DNA of 45,600 nt from Deltaproteobacteria bacterium (GCA_016202395.1 JACQOV010000038.1:1-45600), one strand, 5' to 3'. Shown: positions 29,507 through 38,299, numbered from the stretch's first letter. Numbers and translations are program-made. The notes: generated from the sequence alone by a model not told the origin.

Positions 29507-30181
29507 TTAATAATGCCGACGTCGTCTGGGGCCAGGCCGCGCCGGAAAGGGACGCAAGATCGAATACCAGCGATCCCCCGAATAATAAGGCCCCTCCGGC
29601 AAGGTTTTCAAACTAATAAAGACCAGCTGCCGCGCATAAGGCTCAATAAAGGTAAACAGGTGAAGAGCCGCTGCCTCCTCGACCCAATCGGAATCGGTCA
29701 CGATCAACTGTTCTAACACCTCTTGCTGCGTTTGCCAAAGTCGCTCCCCACTCTTGCCGTCATAGAGTTCAAAAGAGGCCCCGACGCGAAGGTTGTAATA
29801 GTATACCAAATAAGTCTTGTTCCAGTCTAAAAGGGTGACAAACAGGAGGCCATCGGCCCCCACTATTTCGCTAATCTCTTGCTTGCTGTAGAGCCCGAGC
29901 TCTCCAGCATAGTGGATCCCTTTCTCCTCGAGCCTCTTCTGAACCTGATCGGAGGGCAAGATACGATAACCTCGAGCTTGAATCCCCTCTTCGACGAGGG
30001 TCTGAAATTTCTCCGGTGCGTCCATATTGACAGTGGCGTTATTCACGGGCAAAACAGCGATAAGACCCGGCTTCTTCTCTTGAAAATCAGGGGCCACTTC
30101 TACGATGGGAGTCGAAGCGCACCCTGTGAATATTCTGACAAAGGCAACGAAGCAGATAGACTTTTTGAACAGCCTACTCAT
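29507..30181 (-). CDS. DUF799/GNA1162-like lipoprotein
   Basis: Lipobox FTGC; KPGLIAVLPVNNAT, RGYRILP, GADGLLF..LLDW, LYDGKSGERLW, TLPEGPY. Confidence 0.7.
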   Translation of the reverse strand: MSRLFKKSICFVAFVRIFTGCASTPIVEVAPDFQEKKPGLIAVLPVNNATVNMDAPEKFQTLVEEGIQARGYRILPSDQVQKRLEEKGIHYAGELGLYSKQEISEIVGADGLLFVTLLDWNKTYLVYYYNLRVGASFELYDGKSGERLWQTQQEVLEQLIVTDSDWVEEAAALHLFTFIEPYARQLVFISLKTLPEGPYYSGDRWYSILRPFPARPGPRRRRHY

Positions 30182-30867
30182 TATTCTGCACGAACAAAAC
30201 GAAGCTTAAACTCGCCCCGCTCCTCCCTTTGCATGTCCACTTTATAACCGTCGATGGGAAGCCCTTGCAATTGACTCTGAAACATCTCTTCATCCAAAGA
30301 GCCCACCACCTCGCAAATCAGAGCGGCTGCGGAGAATGCCCGCAACGTGACACTTTTCACCCCAGAAACTTTACTCACCTCTTTTTGAAATTGATCCCAC
30401 AGTTGAGGGCTTGGAAGGTCAAACAAGGTGAGTCGAAAGAGGTGAGTGCCCTCATGTCCCTCTCCAGCCCCTCCTTTTGGCAAAAGATCCAATTTGCGCA
30501 GATCCTCTCTGAGGAGTTCCGTTTCAACCTCTACCGTCATCTCAAGCCAGTAGCGATCCGAGCTCTTTCCCTCCGTCATCACCTCAAAGCTTCGAATATA
30601 GCGATCGTAGACAGGAAATATTTTCTCCGACAAAAGATCGTAATGCTGGCTCATCTTCTCTTCTGAAGTGAGGAGTCTTTCGATGACCTTCTCTAAGGCT
30701 CGATGCTGTCCATCGTGAATGGCGCTCTCTCGAGCGGAGGCCTGATCCCCTTGAAGAATGACCGCATTCCCTTCCACGGTGATCCGCTCGGAGGCCTGCG
30801 CCAAGATGGCTAATCCCAAAAATAGTATAACTGCATTTATTGCGTTTGTACTAAAGAGCCTTTTCAA
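30181..30867 (-). CDS. Secreted protein with FlgT N-terminal-like domain and C-terminal ferredoxin-like domain
   Basis: Signal peptide ending AQA; ITVEGNAVI...ARESAIHDGQHRALE...YIRSFEV...MTVEV; Gly-rich linker. Confidence 0.6.
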   Translation of the reverse strand: MKRLFSTNAINAVILFLGLAILAQASERITVEGNAVILQGDQASARESAIHDGQHRALEKVIERLLTSEEKMSQHYDLLSEKIFPVYDRYIRSFEVMTEGKSSDRYWLEMTVEVETELLREDLRKLDLLPKGGAGEGHEGTHLFRLTLFDLPSPQLWDQFQKEVSKVSGVKSVTLRAFSAAALICEVVGSLDEEMFQSQLQGLPIDGYKVDMQREERGEFKLRFVRAE

Positions 30868-32344
30868 GAGCTTCCACTACCTCCTTCGGCAACTTTTCCC
30901 CCAACGCTTCAATAGCGGCAATCTTAGCCTGATCAGCATCGCGGCCTGCCCCCTTCTCCTCCCCCTCCACTAAAAAAAGCTCCGTCCCCCGATCGATTCG
31001 AAGGCCACGCATCGTTCCATGGGCTCTGGCAAAAACGAAGCCAGGCTGAATCATCTCTGTAGAGGTGACCTCCACCACCCCAATCACCAAAATATCGAGA
31101 GTCCCTTTGAGACGCTCTCCAGATGTGGCCGATAGCAAAGTTTCCGGATCCACTCCCTTCACCAGATTAGCTACGACAGATCGATCGATGAGCCGATAGC
31201 CAGCATGGGCGAGCTCTCGAGCGACATCCTCTCCGAGGAGTGAAACTTTTAACTTGGGGATGTCGGGTTGATCAATCCAAACCCCCACTCGGATCGATTT
31301 TGTAGTGAGAAGGGAGTAGGTAAAAGAGGTGGACGAAACGTTTAAAGATTTGAGAGAGCGAATAAAATCTTCGCCCCATTCCTCCCGATCGAGCAACCCT
31401 CCTGAAAATACGCGGACATCTATGGTATTCTGACTTTTTCCACTGGGACCCACGCGATGGACTTGAGCCTCGGCCTCCCCTAATGGATCGGTTAAGACGG
31501 TTTCATCAATTTCACCCACACCGGTGCCGAAGGAAAAAAAGAGGGGCAACCCCTCTAAAGGATTTTCCTTCCAAGTGGCACGAACATGGAGTTTTTTGTC
31601 TAGAGGATGCCCCACCTCCCCTTGTTGTTGATCTCCCCCTATCACCTCGAGTCGAATTTGAGAGGCCCGCTCGAGCAGCCGAAATTCTAGTCGTGTCGTT
31701 ACCGGAATCTCTTGAGGCTCTTTGAGAGAAGGACCCTCGGGGTGAACGACTCGATAGATCTGGTACTCTTGTAAGGCCTTCCAGAAAAAGGCCAGGGATT
31801 GGGTCAGGGCCTTTAGCTCTAGGACGATACTCTCTTGAGAAGCGTACTGTTCGCTCAAAACCTCCCATTCAAGCCCCCGTTGAACTGAGAGATCCATGCT
31901 ATTTGCAAGACGTGAAGCGGCCTCCTCTCGATCCAAAACAGCTAGACTATAATGGGTTTCCCGCGAGGAATCGATCCAACGGGATCGGATCTGAACCCCT
32001 TCCAGGGTCAAATCGACCGAAGAGGTATTCACAACCTCGGTAAACTCCGAAGAAAGGGGCAACGGATCTGCGCCTCGCTCCTCTCTCTGAACATCCATCA
32101 TCTCTTGAGCGATTCGCACACGAATCTGCTTGGCAACCTCCGCGCGGGCCTGCGCATCCGCCCTTTGCTGCGCCTGCGCCTCATCCCCTTTCGATGCAGC
32201 AATCCCGAACCCAGTAATGAACAAAGCTGTGGGATACGGAGCCTCTATTTTTCCATCGACCCACGCCGGCCTCGATTTTGAAACCTCTGGCGTTGGCGCC
32301 GACGCACACCCTAAAACAAACACAGGCACTATAACTTTTGTCAC
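30851..32344 (-). CDS. Multidomain LPP20-like lipoprotein (LPP20-like, helical, Ig-like and alpha/beta domains); start revised to GTG 32344
   Basis: MTKVIVPVFVLGC lipobox; PAWV..FITGFG..ADAQARAEVAKQI; GGDQQQG...TDPLGEA Ig-like segment. The ORF-track extension to 32560 is MITE sequence. Confidence 0.65.
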   Translation of the reverse strand: MTKVIVPVFVLGCASAPTPEVSKSRPAWVDGKIEAPYPTALFITGFGIAASKGDEAQAQQRADAQARAEVAKQIRVRIAQEMMDVQREERGADPLPLSSEFTEVVNTSSVDLTLEGVQIRSRWIDSSRETHYSLAVLDREEAASRLANSMDLSVQRGLEWEVLSEQYASQESIVLELKALTQSLAFFWKALQEYQIYRVVHPEGPSLKEPQEIPVTTRLEFRLLERASQIRLEVIGGDQQQGEVGHPLDKKLHVRATWKENPLEGLPLFFSFGTGVGEIDETVLTDPLGEAEAQVHRVGPSGKSQNTIDVRVFSGGLLDREEWGEDFIRSLKSLNVSSTSFTYSLLTTKSIRVGVWIDQPDIPKLKVSLLGEDVARELAHAGYRLIDRSVVANLVKGVDPETLLSATSGERLKGTLDILVIGVVEVTSTEMIQPGFVFARAHGTMRGLRIDRGTELFLVEGEEKGAGRDADQAKIAAIEALGEKLPKEVVEALEKAL

Positions 32345-32533
32345 GCTCTTGTGATAGGTGCCAGATGCGTGGCGGCCGACCGTGGCCGAGCGAGACGTAC
32401 TTGGTGGCGTACGTCGAGCGAGTGCCGAGGCCTGTCCTGAGCACGCCAACCGTTCTCCTTCGACAAGCTCAGGACGAACGGTTGGCTGTCGAAGGGGAGG
32501 ACAACGAAGCAGATGGGCCTTTATCAAGAGCGT
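32343..32533. mobile_element. Fold-back MITE with two nested REP insertions
   Basis: Termini ACGCTCTTG / CAAGAGCGT; central ACGTAC..GTACGT hairpin; CCTGTCCTGAGC...TGTCGAAGG (32431-32495) interrupted by GCCAACCGTTC-TCCTTCGACAAGCTCAGGAC-GAACGGTTGGC (32445-32486). Confidence 0.8.
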
Positions 32534-32534
32534 A

Positions 32535-33104
32535 TTAGTACCCGAGATTTTGAGCCTCACGTTTCTTCTTTACCTCCTCGTCCAAAGCTTCTAGCATCTC
32601 ATTAGCGCGCCCTTCCAAAATCGCACGCTGCCGTTCTTGAGCCGCTTGGCGCGCCTTTTCGCGGATCCTGTCAAAGACATCATCCACCGAGATCTTAGCT
32701 AAGGCCCAAAGATTCTCCTCTTCATCTCGATAATGATCCACAATTTGGCTCCCCACTAAAGTGGCCTCGCTCACCGACTTTGAAACGGAAGAGGTAAATT
32801 CGACCGAGCTTGTCCCCTCCGGATTAAAGTAATCCGCATGCTCCTCCATAAAATCCTTCATAAAACTCGACACGTACACCTCGATCTGTTTTCCTAGATC
32901 TTGTCGCGCTCGATTCTCGGCTTTGTCTCGTTCCATCTGAGGATTCGGAGATTTTTTGGAAACCCCCACGCCGTAGAGAACTCCCTTGTCCTTAAGAGCC
33001 TTGGCCCCTTCGTCAATCCATTTCGGTCTCCTCTCCCCACCACACCCCAGGACAAAACCGATCATTAAAATTGGGACAACCGCAAGATAACTTTTGATTT
33101 TCAT
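32535..33104 (-). CDS. LPP20-family lipoprotein
   Basis: Lipobox VLGC; PKWI, LYGVG, AENRARQDLGKQIEV, ATLVGSQIVD; AGGAGG Shine-Dalgarno. Confidence 0.72.
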   Translation of the reverse strand: MKIKSYLAVVPILMIGFVLGCGGERRPKWIDEGAKALKDKGVLYGVGVSKKSPNPQMERDKAENRARQDLGKQIEVYVSSFMKDFMEEHADYFNPEGTSSVEFTSSVSKSVSEATLVGSQIVDHYRDEEENLWALAKISVDDVFDRIREKARQAAQERQRAILEGRANEMLEALDEEVKKKREAQNLGY

Positions 33105-33138
33105 GGAATTTTCCTCCTGTGAAGAGCCTGTTTAGGAT

Positions 33139-33168
33139 GGTTTATCATTGCTCCATTCCTATTGTCAA
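33139..33168 (-). promoter_or_regulatory. Possible promoter of the lipoprotein cluster
   Basis: TTGACA-18 bp-TAAACC with preceding TG; the -10 is weak. Confidence 0.3.
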
Positions 33169-34248
33169 TAAACTAGCAACTCTTTGCTTCAAAAGATCGA
33201 GACCTTGACCCCGTTTGGCAGAAACCATCACCCCCTCCCCCCACTTTCGCTCCATTCGCTCCGAAGGATACGAATCTACTAAACGATCGATCTTATTCCA
33301 AACGAGAAGAGACGGTTTATCTCCAGCCCCTATCTCTTTCAAAACCTCGTGGACGGCTCGGATCTGCTCCTCAATCTCTGGAGAAGAGATATCTACGACA
33401 TGCAATAGAAGGGTGGCTTGGATCACCTCCTCGAGAGTTGCCCGAAAAGCCTCCACCAATAAATGCGGCAACTTTCGAATGAATCCAACCGTATCGGAGA
33501 GAATCACCGTTTGTTCCTCACTTAACCGAAGCCGACGAAGAGTCGGATCGAGGGTAGAGAATAATCGATCCTCGACACGAATGTTGGCTCCGGTGAGTCG
33601 ATTAAATAAGGTCGATTTCCCCGCGTTGGTGTAGCCCACGAGCGCAATGATGGGGAGCCCTTTTTCTTGACGTCCTCGGCGCTGAAGGGAGCGAGCCTGT
33701 CGAACCCTCTCCAGCTCCTGTTGAAGGTATTGAATTCGGATTCGAATTCTGCGCCGGTCCACCTCCAGTTTAGTCTCTCCAGGCCCTCGGGTTCCAATCC
33801 CCCCTCCTAAACGAGAGAGGAGAATCCCCTTTCCGGTCAATCTGGGAAGAAGATAGTTGGCCTGAGCGAGTTCCACTTGAAGCTGCCCTTCACGGGTTTT
33901 GGCTCGCTGGGCAAAGATATCGAGGATGAGCGCCGTTCGATCAATCACCTTGACTTGCAAGAATTCTTCCCAGTTACGTTGCTGATTAGGAGCCAGCGCT
34001 TCATCAAAGAGGACGATATCAATCTTGTTTTGTGAGACCTGTTCCTGAAGTAATGGGATTTTTCCTTTTCCTAAGAGGATTGCCGGATTGGGACGATCCA
34101 GAGGAAGGATCTCGGAAACAACCACCTGGGCTCCGGCGCTTCTTGCCAAGCTTTCGAGTTCTTGAAGAGATTCCTCCGCTTCAGAACGGGATGTTCTTGC
34201 AGAGCGAACCCCCACTAGAAGGGCGCGTTCTTGGTATCGGATTCGCGT
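33145..34248 (-). CDS. hflX: GTPase HflX (first canonical start GTG 34215; probable true start ACG 34248)
   Basis: DRTALILDIFAQRA, EGQLQVELAQ, RGPGETKLE, GYTNAGKST, DTVGF, NKID; the ERALLVGV motif extends upstream of 34215. Confidence 0.93.
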   Translation of the reverse strand, partial: TRIRYQERALLVGVRSARTSRSEAEESLQELESLARSAGAQVVVSEILPLDRPNPAILLGKGKIPLLQEQVSQNKIDIVLFDEALAPNQQRNWEEFLQVKVIDRTALILDIFAQRAKTREGQLQVELAQANYLLPRLTGKGILLSRLGGGIGTRGPGETKLEVDRRRIRIRIQYLQQELERVRQARSLQRRGRQEKGLPIIALVGYTNAGKSTLFNRLTGANIRVEDRLFSTLDPTLRRLRLSEEQTVILSDTVGFIRKLPHLLVEAFRATLEEVIQATLLLHVVDISSPEIEEQIRAVHEVLKEIGAGDKPSLLVWNKIDRLVDSYPSERMERKWGEGVMVSAKRGQGLDLLKQRVASLLTIGMEQ

Positions 34249-37200
34249 GGTCTCTCCTCCCCGCCTGCATCGCCTGTGGCGAAGCCACTGCGGGCGGGCG
34301 TTTTTGCGGAACCAAAATCAAGTCGAGCGGAATACTCCGACCGAAGTGAGTCCAAAAACTCACGATCGGAATCAGCGGAATAGTTCGATGGCAATCGTAT
34401 GATCACCTCCGTTTTAGGTGGAATCCAAACGTGAAGAAATGTAGGATTCCCCCCAGATCGAGAGGAGAGCCGTAGCTTGAGTTTCTCCAAATCCTGCTCT
34501 GTCGTCCGAGTCACATCCCATGGAATATGAACCGATCGTCCCGCAGAGGATTGGCCTAAAGGGGAGATATCATTGGCAACTAGTTTAGGGCGCTCCGTCC
34601 CCAGATCGAGCCGTCCTTTCACAAGGAGGGGATCCTCTCCTGACAAAATCGGACGGACACGAAGGTAGAGATCGGAGAAAACGACGATCTCCATGGCTCC
34701 TGTTAAATCCTCGACCGTAAGAAAGGCCATGGGATCCCCTTTTTTCGTCTGGATCTGTTTGACCTGAATCGGCATTCCGGCCACTCGCACCTCCGATCCA
34801 TCCTGAAGGGTTGCCAATTGGTCGATCGGTGTCTGCTTCAGTTTCTGAAGCTCTGCCTCAAAGCGATGCAACGGATGTCCCGTAATGTAGAACCCGAGCG
34901 CCTCTTTTTCGTAGCTTAAAAGTCGTCCTTCGGGCCAAGGCTCTAACTTCTGAGAAGCCTCCCTTTCCACCGCTGAAAGAGCGGCGTCGAAAAGAAGCGC
35001 CTGCCCTTGGGCGCGATCCTTTTGAGATTGAACTCCAAACTCCATCGCCGATTCCAACTGAGCCATCAATTCCCATCGTAGAGCCTTCAGGGAGTCGAAA
35101 CTTCCACATTTGATGAGACTTTCCAAAACACGCTTATTGACTCGACGCAGATCGACCCGTTCACAAAGGTCTTTAAGAGAGGCAAACCGCTCTTTCCCCT
35201 CTCGAGCCTCTAAGATGGCATCCACAGCGGCTTCCCCGACGTTCTTCACCGCAGCCAGGCCGAAACGGATTGTCTCTCCCACCACAGAAAAATCCCGATA
35301 GCTTTCGTTGATATCGGGGGGAAGAACGTGGATCCCCAAGGCTCGACACTCGGAAATATATTTGAAGACTTTATCGGTATCGCCTGAATCGACCGTGAGA
35401 AGGGCTGCCATAAACTCCACAGGATAATGAGCTTTCAGATAGGCTGTCTGGAATGAGATCATCGCGTAAGCCGCGCTGTGGGATTTATTAAATCCATACT
35501 CAGCAAACTTTGCCATGAGATCAAAAATCTTTTCCGCTTTTTTGGGGGGGATCTTATTTCGATGAGCCCCTTCGAGAAAACGTTTGCGTTGTTTAGCCAT
35601 CTCCTCGGGCTTCTTCTTCCCCATCGCCCGGCGTAAAATATCGGCCTCTCCGAGCGTAAAGTTAGCCAACTCGCTCGCAATTCGCATGACCTGTTCTTGA
35701 TAGACAATAACGCCGTACGTCTCTTTTAGGATCGACTCCATTTGAGGGAGCTCATACTTGGATTGCCCTTTTCCGTGACGGCGTTGGATAAAATCGTCGA
35801 CCATGCCACTTCCTAACGGCCCAGGACGATAAAGAGCGACCAAAGCAATCAGATCCTCAAATTGCTCCGGCCGAAGTTTCGTTAAAAGATCTCGCATCCC
35901 AGAACTTTCCAATTGAAAGATCCCTGTGGTTTGCCCAGAGCAAAGGAGTTGATACGTTTTAGGATCATGGAGAGGAAGCCCTTGAAGATCGAGCGAAACC
36001 GCCCGATTTCTTCGGATGATCTTGATCGCTTTGTCAAGAACGGTGAGCGTTTTAAGCCCCAAGAAATCAAACTTGATGAGCCCCACCCTCTCCAACCCTT
36101 TCATATCGTATTGAGTCATCACCTCACCATCGGCCCCGCGATAGAGCGGAACTGATTCTACGAGAAGACGGTCGGAGAGAACCACTCCCGCGGCATGGAT
36201 AGAGGCATGTCGCGCTAGCCCCTCCAAAGATTTGGCGGTTTTCATTAATGTGGCTACCGTTTCGTTCTGACGCACCAGTTCTCGAAGACGTGCCTCTTGA
36301 TCGAGGGCATTATCGAGTGTGATATTGAGACCATTCGGAACCAACTTGGCAATCTTATCCACCTCACCATAGGGAAGTCCCATCACTCGCCCCACATCCC
36401 GAATGACCCCCTTCGCTTGCATCGTTCCGAACGTGATAATCTGAGCCACTTTGTCGGATCCATATTTTTGAGAGACATAGCGAAGGACCTCATCCCGCCG
36501 CTCCATGCAGAAGTCCATGTCGATATCCGGCATGCTGATCCGCTCGGGATTTAAGAATCGCTCGAAGAGAAGATTATATTGCATCGGATCAATGTCGGTA
36601 ATGCCAAGGCTGTAGGCGACCAAACTTCCCGCGGCAGAACCTCTTCCAGGCCCCACAGGGATGGCGTTCTGTTTGGCGTAATTGACGAAATCGGCCACGA
36701 CTAGGAAGTAACCGGAAAAGGCCGTTTTCTTAATAATATCGATCTCGGAGCGGAGTCTCTCTAAGTAAAGCTCTTTCTTTTCGGAGGCCATCGATTGGTT
36801 TTTGTCAAGGCGCTGGTTCAAGCCTAAGATCGCTTGCTGTTCCAAGTAGTCATCCAAACTCATTCCACGGGGTGGAGAAAATTTTGGGAGATGGTACTCC
36901 CCAAGAGGAAGCTCCAGCTGACATCGATTGGCGATCTCGACGGTCATTTGTAATGCCTCGGGGCAATCCTGAAAAAGCTCTTTCATCTCCTCCGGAGAGC
37001 GAAAGAAAAACTGATCGGACTTGAATTGGATCTCTTCTCTTTCTCGAAGCCCTCCTCCGGACTGAATCTCCAGCAGCCTCCGATGAGCCCCCGCCTCCTC
37101 TTGGTGTAGATAGTGGCAATCATTGGTGGCAACGAGGGGAATATTCAATGCCTGACGGATTTTGTAGAGTCCTTCGTTGACGCGGGCCTGAAGCGTGAGA

Positions 37201-37739
37201 TCGTTTTTTTGGATCTCAAGAAAGAAGTTGCCAGGGCCGAAGATATTATGGTACTCCGCGGCGACTTGTGTCGCCTTCTCTTCATCTCCGCGTTGAAGGT
37301 AATGTCCAATCTCCCCCCACAAACAGCCACTCAAACAGAGGAGCCCCTCATGATAATTTCGAAGGAGCTCTTTATCGACACGAGGCCGATAATAAAATCC
37401 TTCAAAGTAAGCGAGTGTCACCAGTTTGAGAAGATTCCGATAGCCGGTCTCGTTTTGCGCAAGGAGAGTTAAATGAAAGGAGGCTTCCGAAAGCCCACGA
37501 TGATCGCGATCCGTTCGGTTTCCGGGAGCGACGTAGACTTCACAGCCGATAATCGGTCGAATCCCTTTGGCTCGAGCTTTATCGTAGAATTCGATCGCCC
37601 CAAAGAGGTTTCCATGATCGGTTAAAGCCAAGGCAGGCATGCGGTACTTCACGGCCTCATCGACGAGCGCATCGATCCGATTGGCCGCCAAAAGGAGGCT
37701 ATACTCCGAATGAACGTGGAGATGAACAAACTCGGCCAT
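34215..37739 (-). CDS. dnaE: DNA polymerase III alpha subunit (start revised to ATG 37739)
   Basis: FVHLHVHSEYSLL PHP domain, GPGRGSAAGS, PDIDMDF, KFDFLGL, GFNKSHS, OB fold; no intein. Confidence 0.97.
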   Translation of the reverse strand: MAEFVHLHVHSEYSLLLAANRIDALVDEAVKYRMPALALTDHGNLFGAIEFYDKARAKGIRPIIGCEVYVAPGNRTDRDHRGLSEASFHLTLLAQNETGYRNLLKLVTLAYFEGFYYRPRVDKELLRNYHEGLLCLSGCLWGEIGHYLQRGDEEKATQVAAEYHNIFGPGNFFLEIQKNDLTLQARVNEGLYKIRQALNIPLVATNDCHYLHQEEAGAHRRLLEIQSGGGLREREEIQFKSDQFFFRSPEEMKELFQDCPEALQMTVEIANRCQLELPLGEYHLPKFSPPRGMSLDDYLEQQAILGLNQRLDKNQSMASEKKELYLERLRSEIDIIKKTAFSGYFLVVADFVNYAKQNAIPVGPGRGSAAGSLVAYSLGITDIDPMQYNLLFERFLNPERISMPDIDMDFCMERRDEVLRYVSQKYGSDKVAQIITFGTMQAKGVIRDVGRVMGLPYGEVDKIAKLVPNGLNITLDNALDQEARLRELVRQNETVATLMKTAKSLEGLARHASIHAAGVVLSDRLLVESVPLYRGADGEVMTQYDMKGLERVGLIKFDFLGLKTLTVLDKAIKIIRRNRAVSLDLQGLPLHDPKTYQLLCSGQTTGIFQLESSGMRDLLTKLRPEQFEDLIALVALYRPGPLGSGMVDDFIQRRHGKGQSKYELPQMESILKETYGVIVYQEQVMRIASELANFTLGEADILRRAMGKKKPEEMAKQRKRFLEGAHRNKIPPKKAEKIFDLMAKFAEYGFNKSHSAAYAMISFQTAYLKAHYPVEFMAALLTVDSGDTDKVFKYISECRALGIHVLPPDINESYRDFSVVGETIRFGLAAVKNVGEAAVDAILEAREGKERFASLKDLCERVDLRRVNKRVLESLIKCGSFDSLKALRWELMAQLESAMEFGVQSQKDRAQGQALLFDAALSAVEREASQKLEPWPEGRLLSYEKEALGFYITGHPLHRFEAELQKLKQTPIDQLATLQDGSEVRVAGMPIQVKQIQTKKGDPMAFLTVEDLTGAMEIVVFSDLYLRVRPILSGEDPLLVKGRLDLGTERPKLVANDISPLGQSSAGRSVHIPWDVTRTTEQDLEKLKLRLSSRSGGNPTFLHVWIPPKTEVIIRLPSNYSADSDREFLDSLRSEYSARLDFGSAKTPARSGFATGDAGGEERPRESDTKNAPF
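34260..34298. repeat. Palindromic REP-like element in frame in the dnaE tail
   Basis: CCCGCCTGCA...TGCGGGCGGG stem with inner GTGGC-GAA-GCCAC; 39 bp, encodes PARSGFATGDAGG. Confidence 0.6.
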
Positions 37740-37749
37740 GGTGAGATTG

Positions 37750-37778
37750 ATTGTAAAGCAACGACGCCAAACCCGCAA
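37750..37778 (-). promoter_or_regulatory. Putative dnaE promoter (very short leader)
   Basis: TTGCGG-17 bp-TACAAT, 10 nt before the ATG; no Shine-Dalgarno. Confidence 0.5.
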
Positions 37779-37809
37779 CCTTTAATTAGGAGGATTCATT
37801 GAATTCGTT

Positions 37810-37855
37810 CTATCCCCACTCGATGGTGCTGGGGGGTTTAAAGCTGATGTCGTAG
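37810..37855 (-). repeat. Duplicated guaA 3' end (att-like direct repeat)
   Basis: 41/46 identical to 38576-38621, including 25 contiguous identical bp; encodes [14 protein letters not shown] versus [14 protein letters not shown]. Confidence 0.92.
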
Positions 37856-37861
37856 GCGTAA

Positions 37862-38299
37862 TTACTTCCGTGGTGGATTTTCCTTGAAGGGATTTACAAC
37901 CTGGAGCCCATAAAGATCTTGTTGATTTTGGATATCTTCCGTTAACAGATACTTGCAGCCGGAAATCTGTGCAGCAGAAACAATCAACGAATCCCACCAA
38001 GAGAGTTTAAAACGGTCTTGAACCGTCCATGCATTTTCTAAAGTCTGGGTATCGAGCGAAATCGGCTGCCATGCCATGAGATCTCGAACATCCTTTCGAG
38101 CCAGAGCCGGTCGTAATCCAGGATCCAACTTTTGAGTCACGGTGGCATAGTATTCATTGAGAACCTGAATACTAAGACGTCCGTTTCTTGATTCCCATAG
38201 AAAAGTCAACCATTGTTCGGCAAGTTCCTGTTTTTGGGGTTCCGACGCATCCCGAGCGTAAACGAGAACGTTGGTGTCAACAAAGTAACTACCGCTCAT
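37862..38299 (-). CDS. PIN-domain (VapC-like) toxin
   Basis: FVDTNVLVYA, QVLNE, SWWDSLI, LLTED: acidic PIN residues present. Confidence 0.92.
   Translation of the reverse strand: MSGSYFVDTNVLVYARDASEPQKQELAEQWLTFLWESRNGRLSIQVLNEYYATVTQKLDPGLRPALARKDVRDLMAWQPISLDTQTLENAWTVQDRFKLSWWDSLIVSAAQISGCKYLLTEDIQNQQDLYGLQVVNPFKENPPRK

Noticed and set aside
32345-32560. 72-aa N-terminal extension of the LPP20 multidomain protein
   Set aside because: MITE/REP translation overlapping the upstream gene; it would displace the lipoprotein signal.
33123-33136. AGAGCCTGTTTAGG resembling an IS/MITE end
   Set aside because: Too short, and no partner inverted repeat found.
34260-34310. Programmed -1 frameshift fusing DnaE to HflX at GCAAAAAC plus hairpin
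   Set aside because: Not an X_XXY_YYZ heptamer in frame, and the hairpin is too close; Shine-Dalgarno plus ACG is the simpler explanation.
34215-37739. Intein in DnaE
   Set aside because: Length is normal and conserved motifs such as GFNKSHS are uninterrupted.
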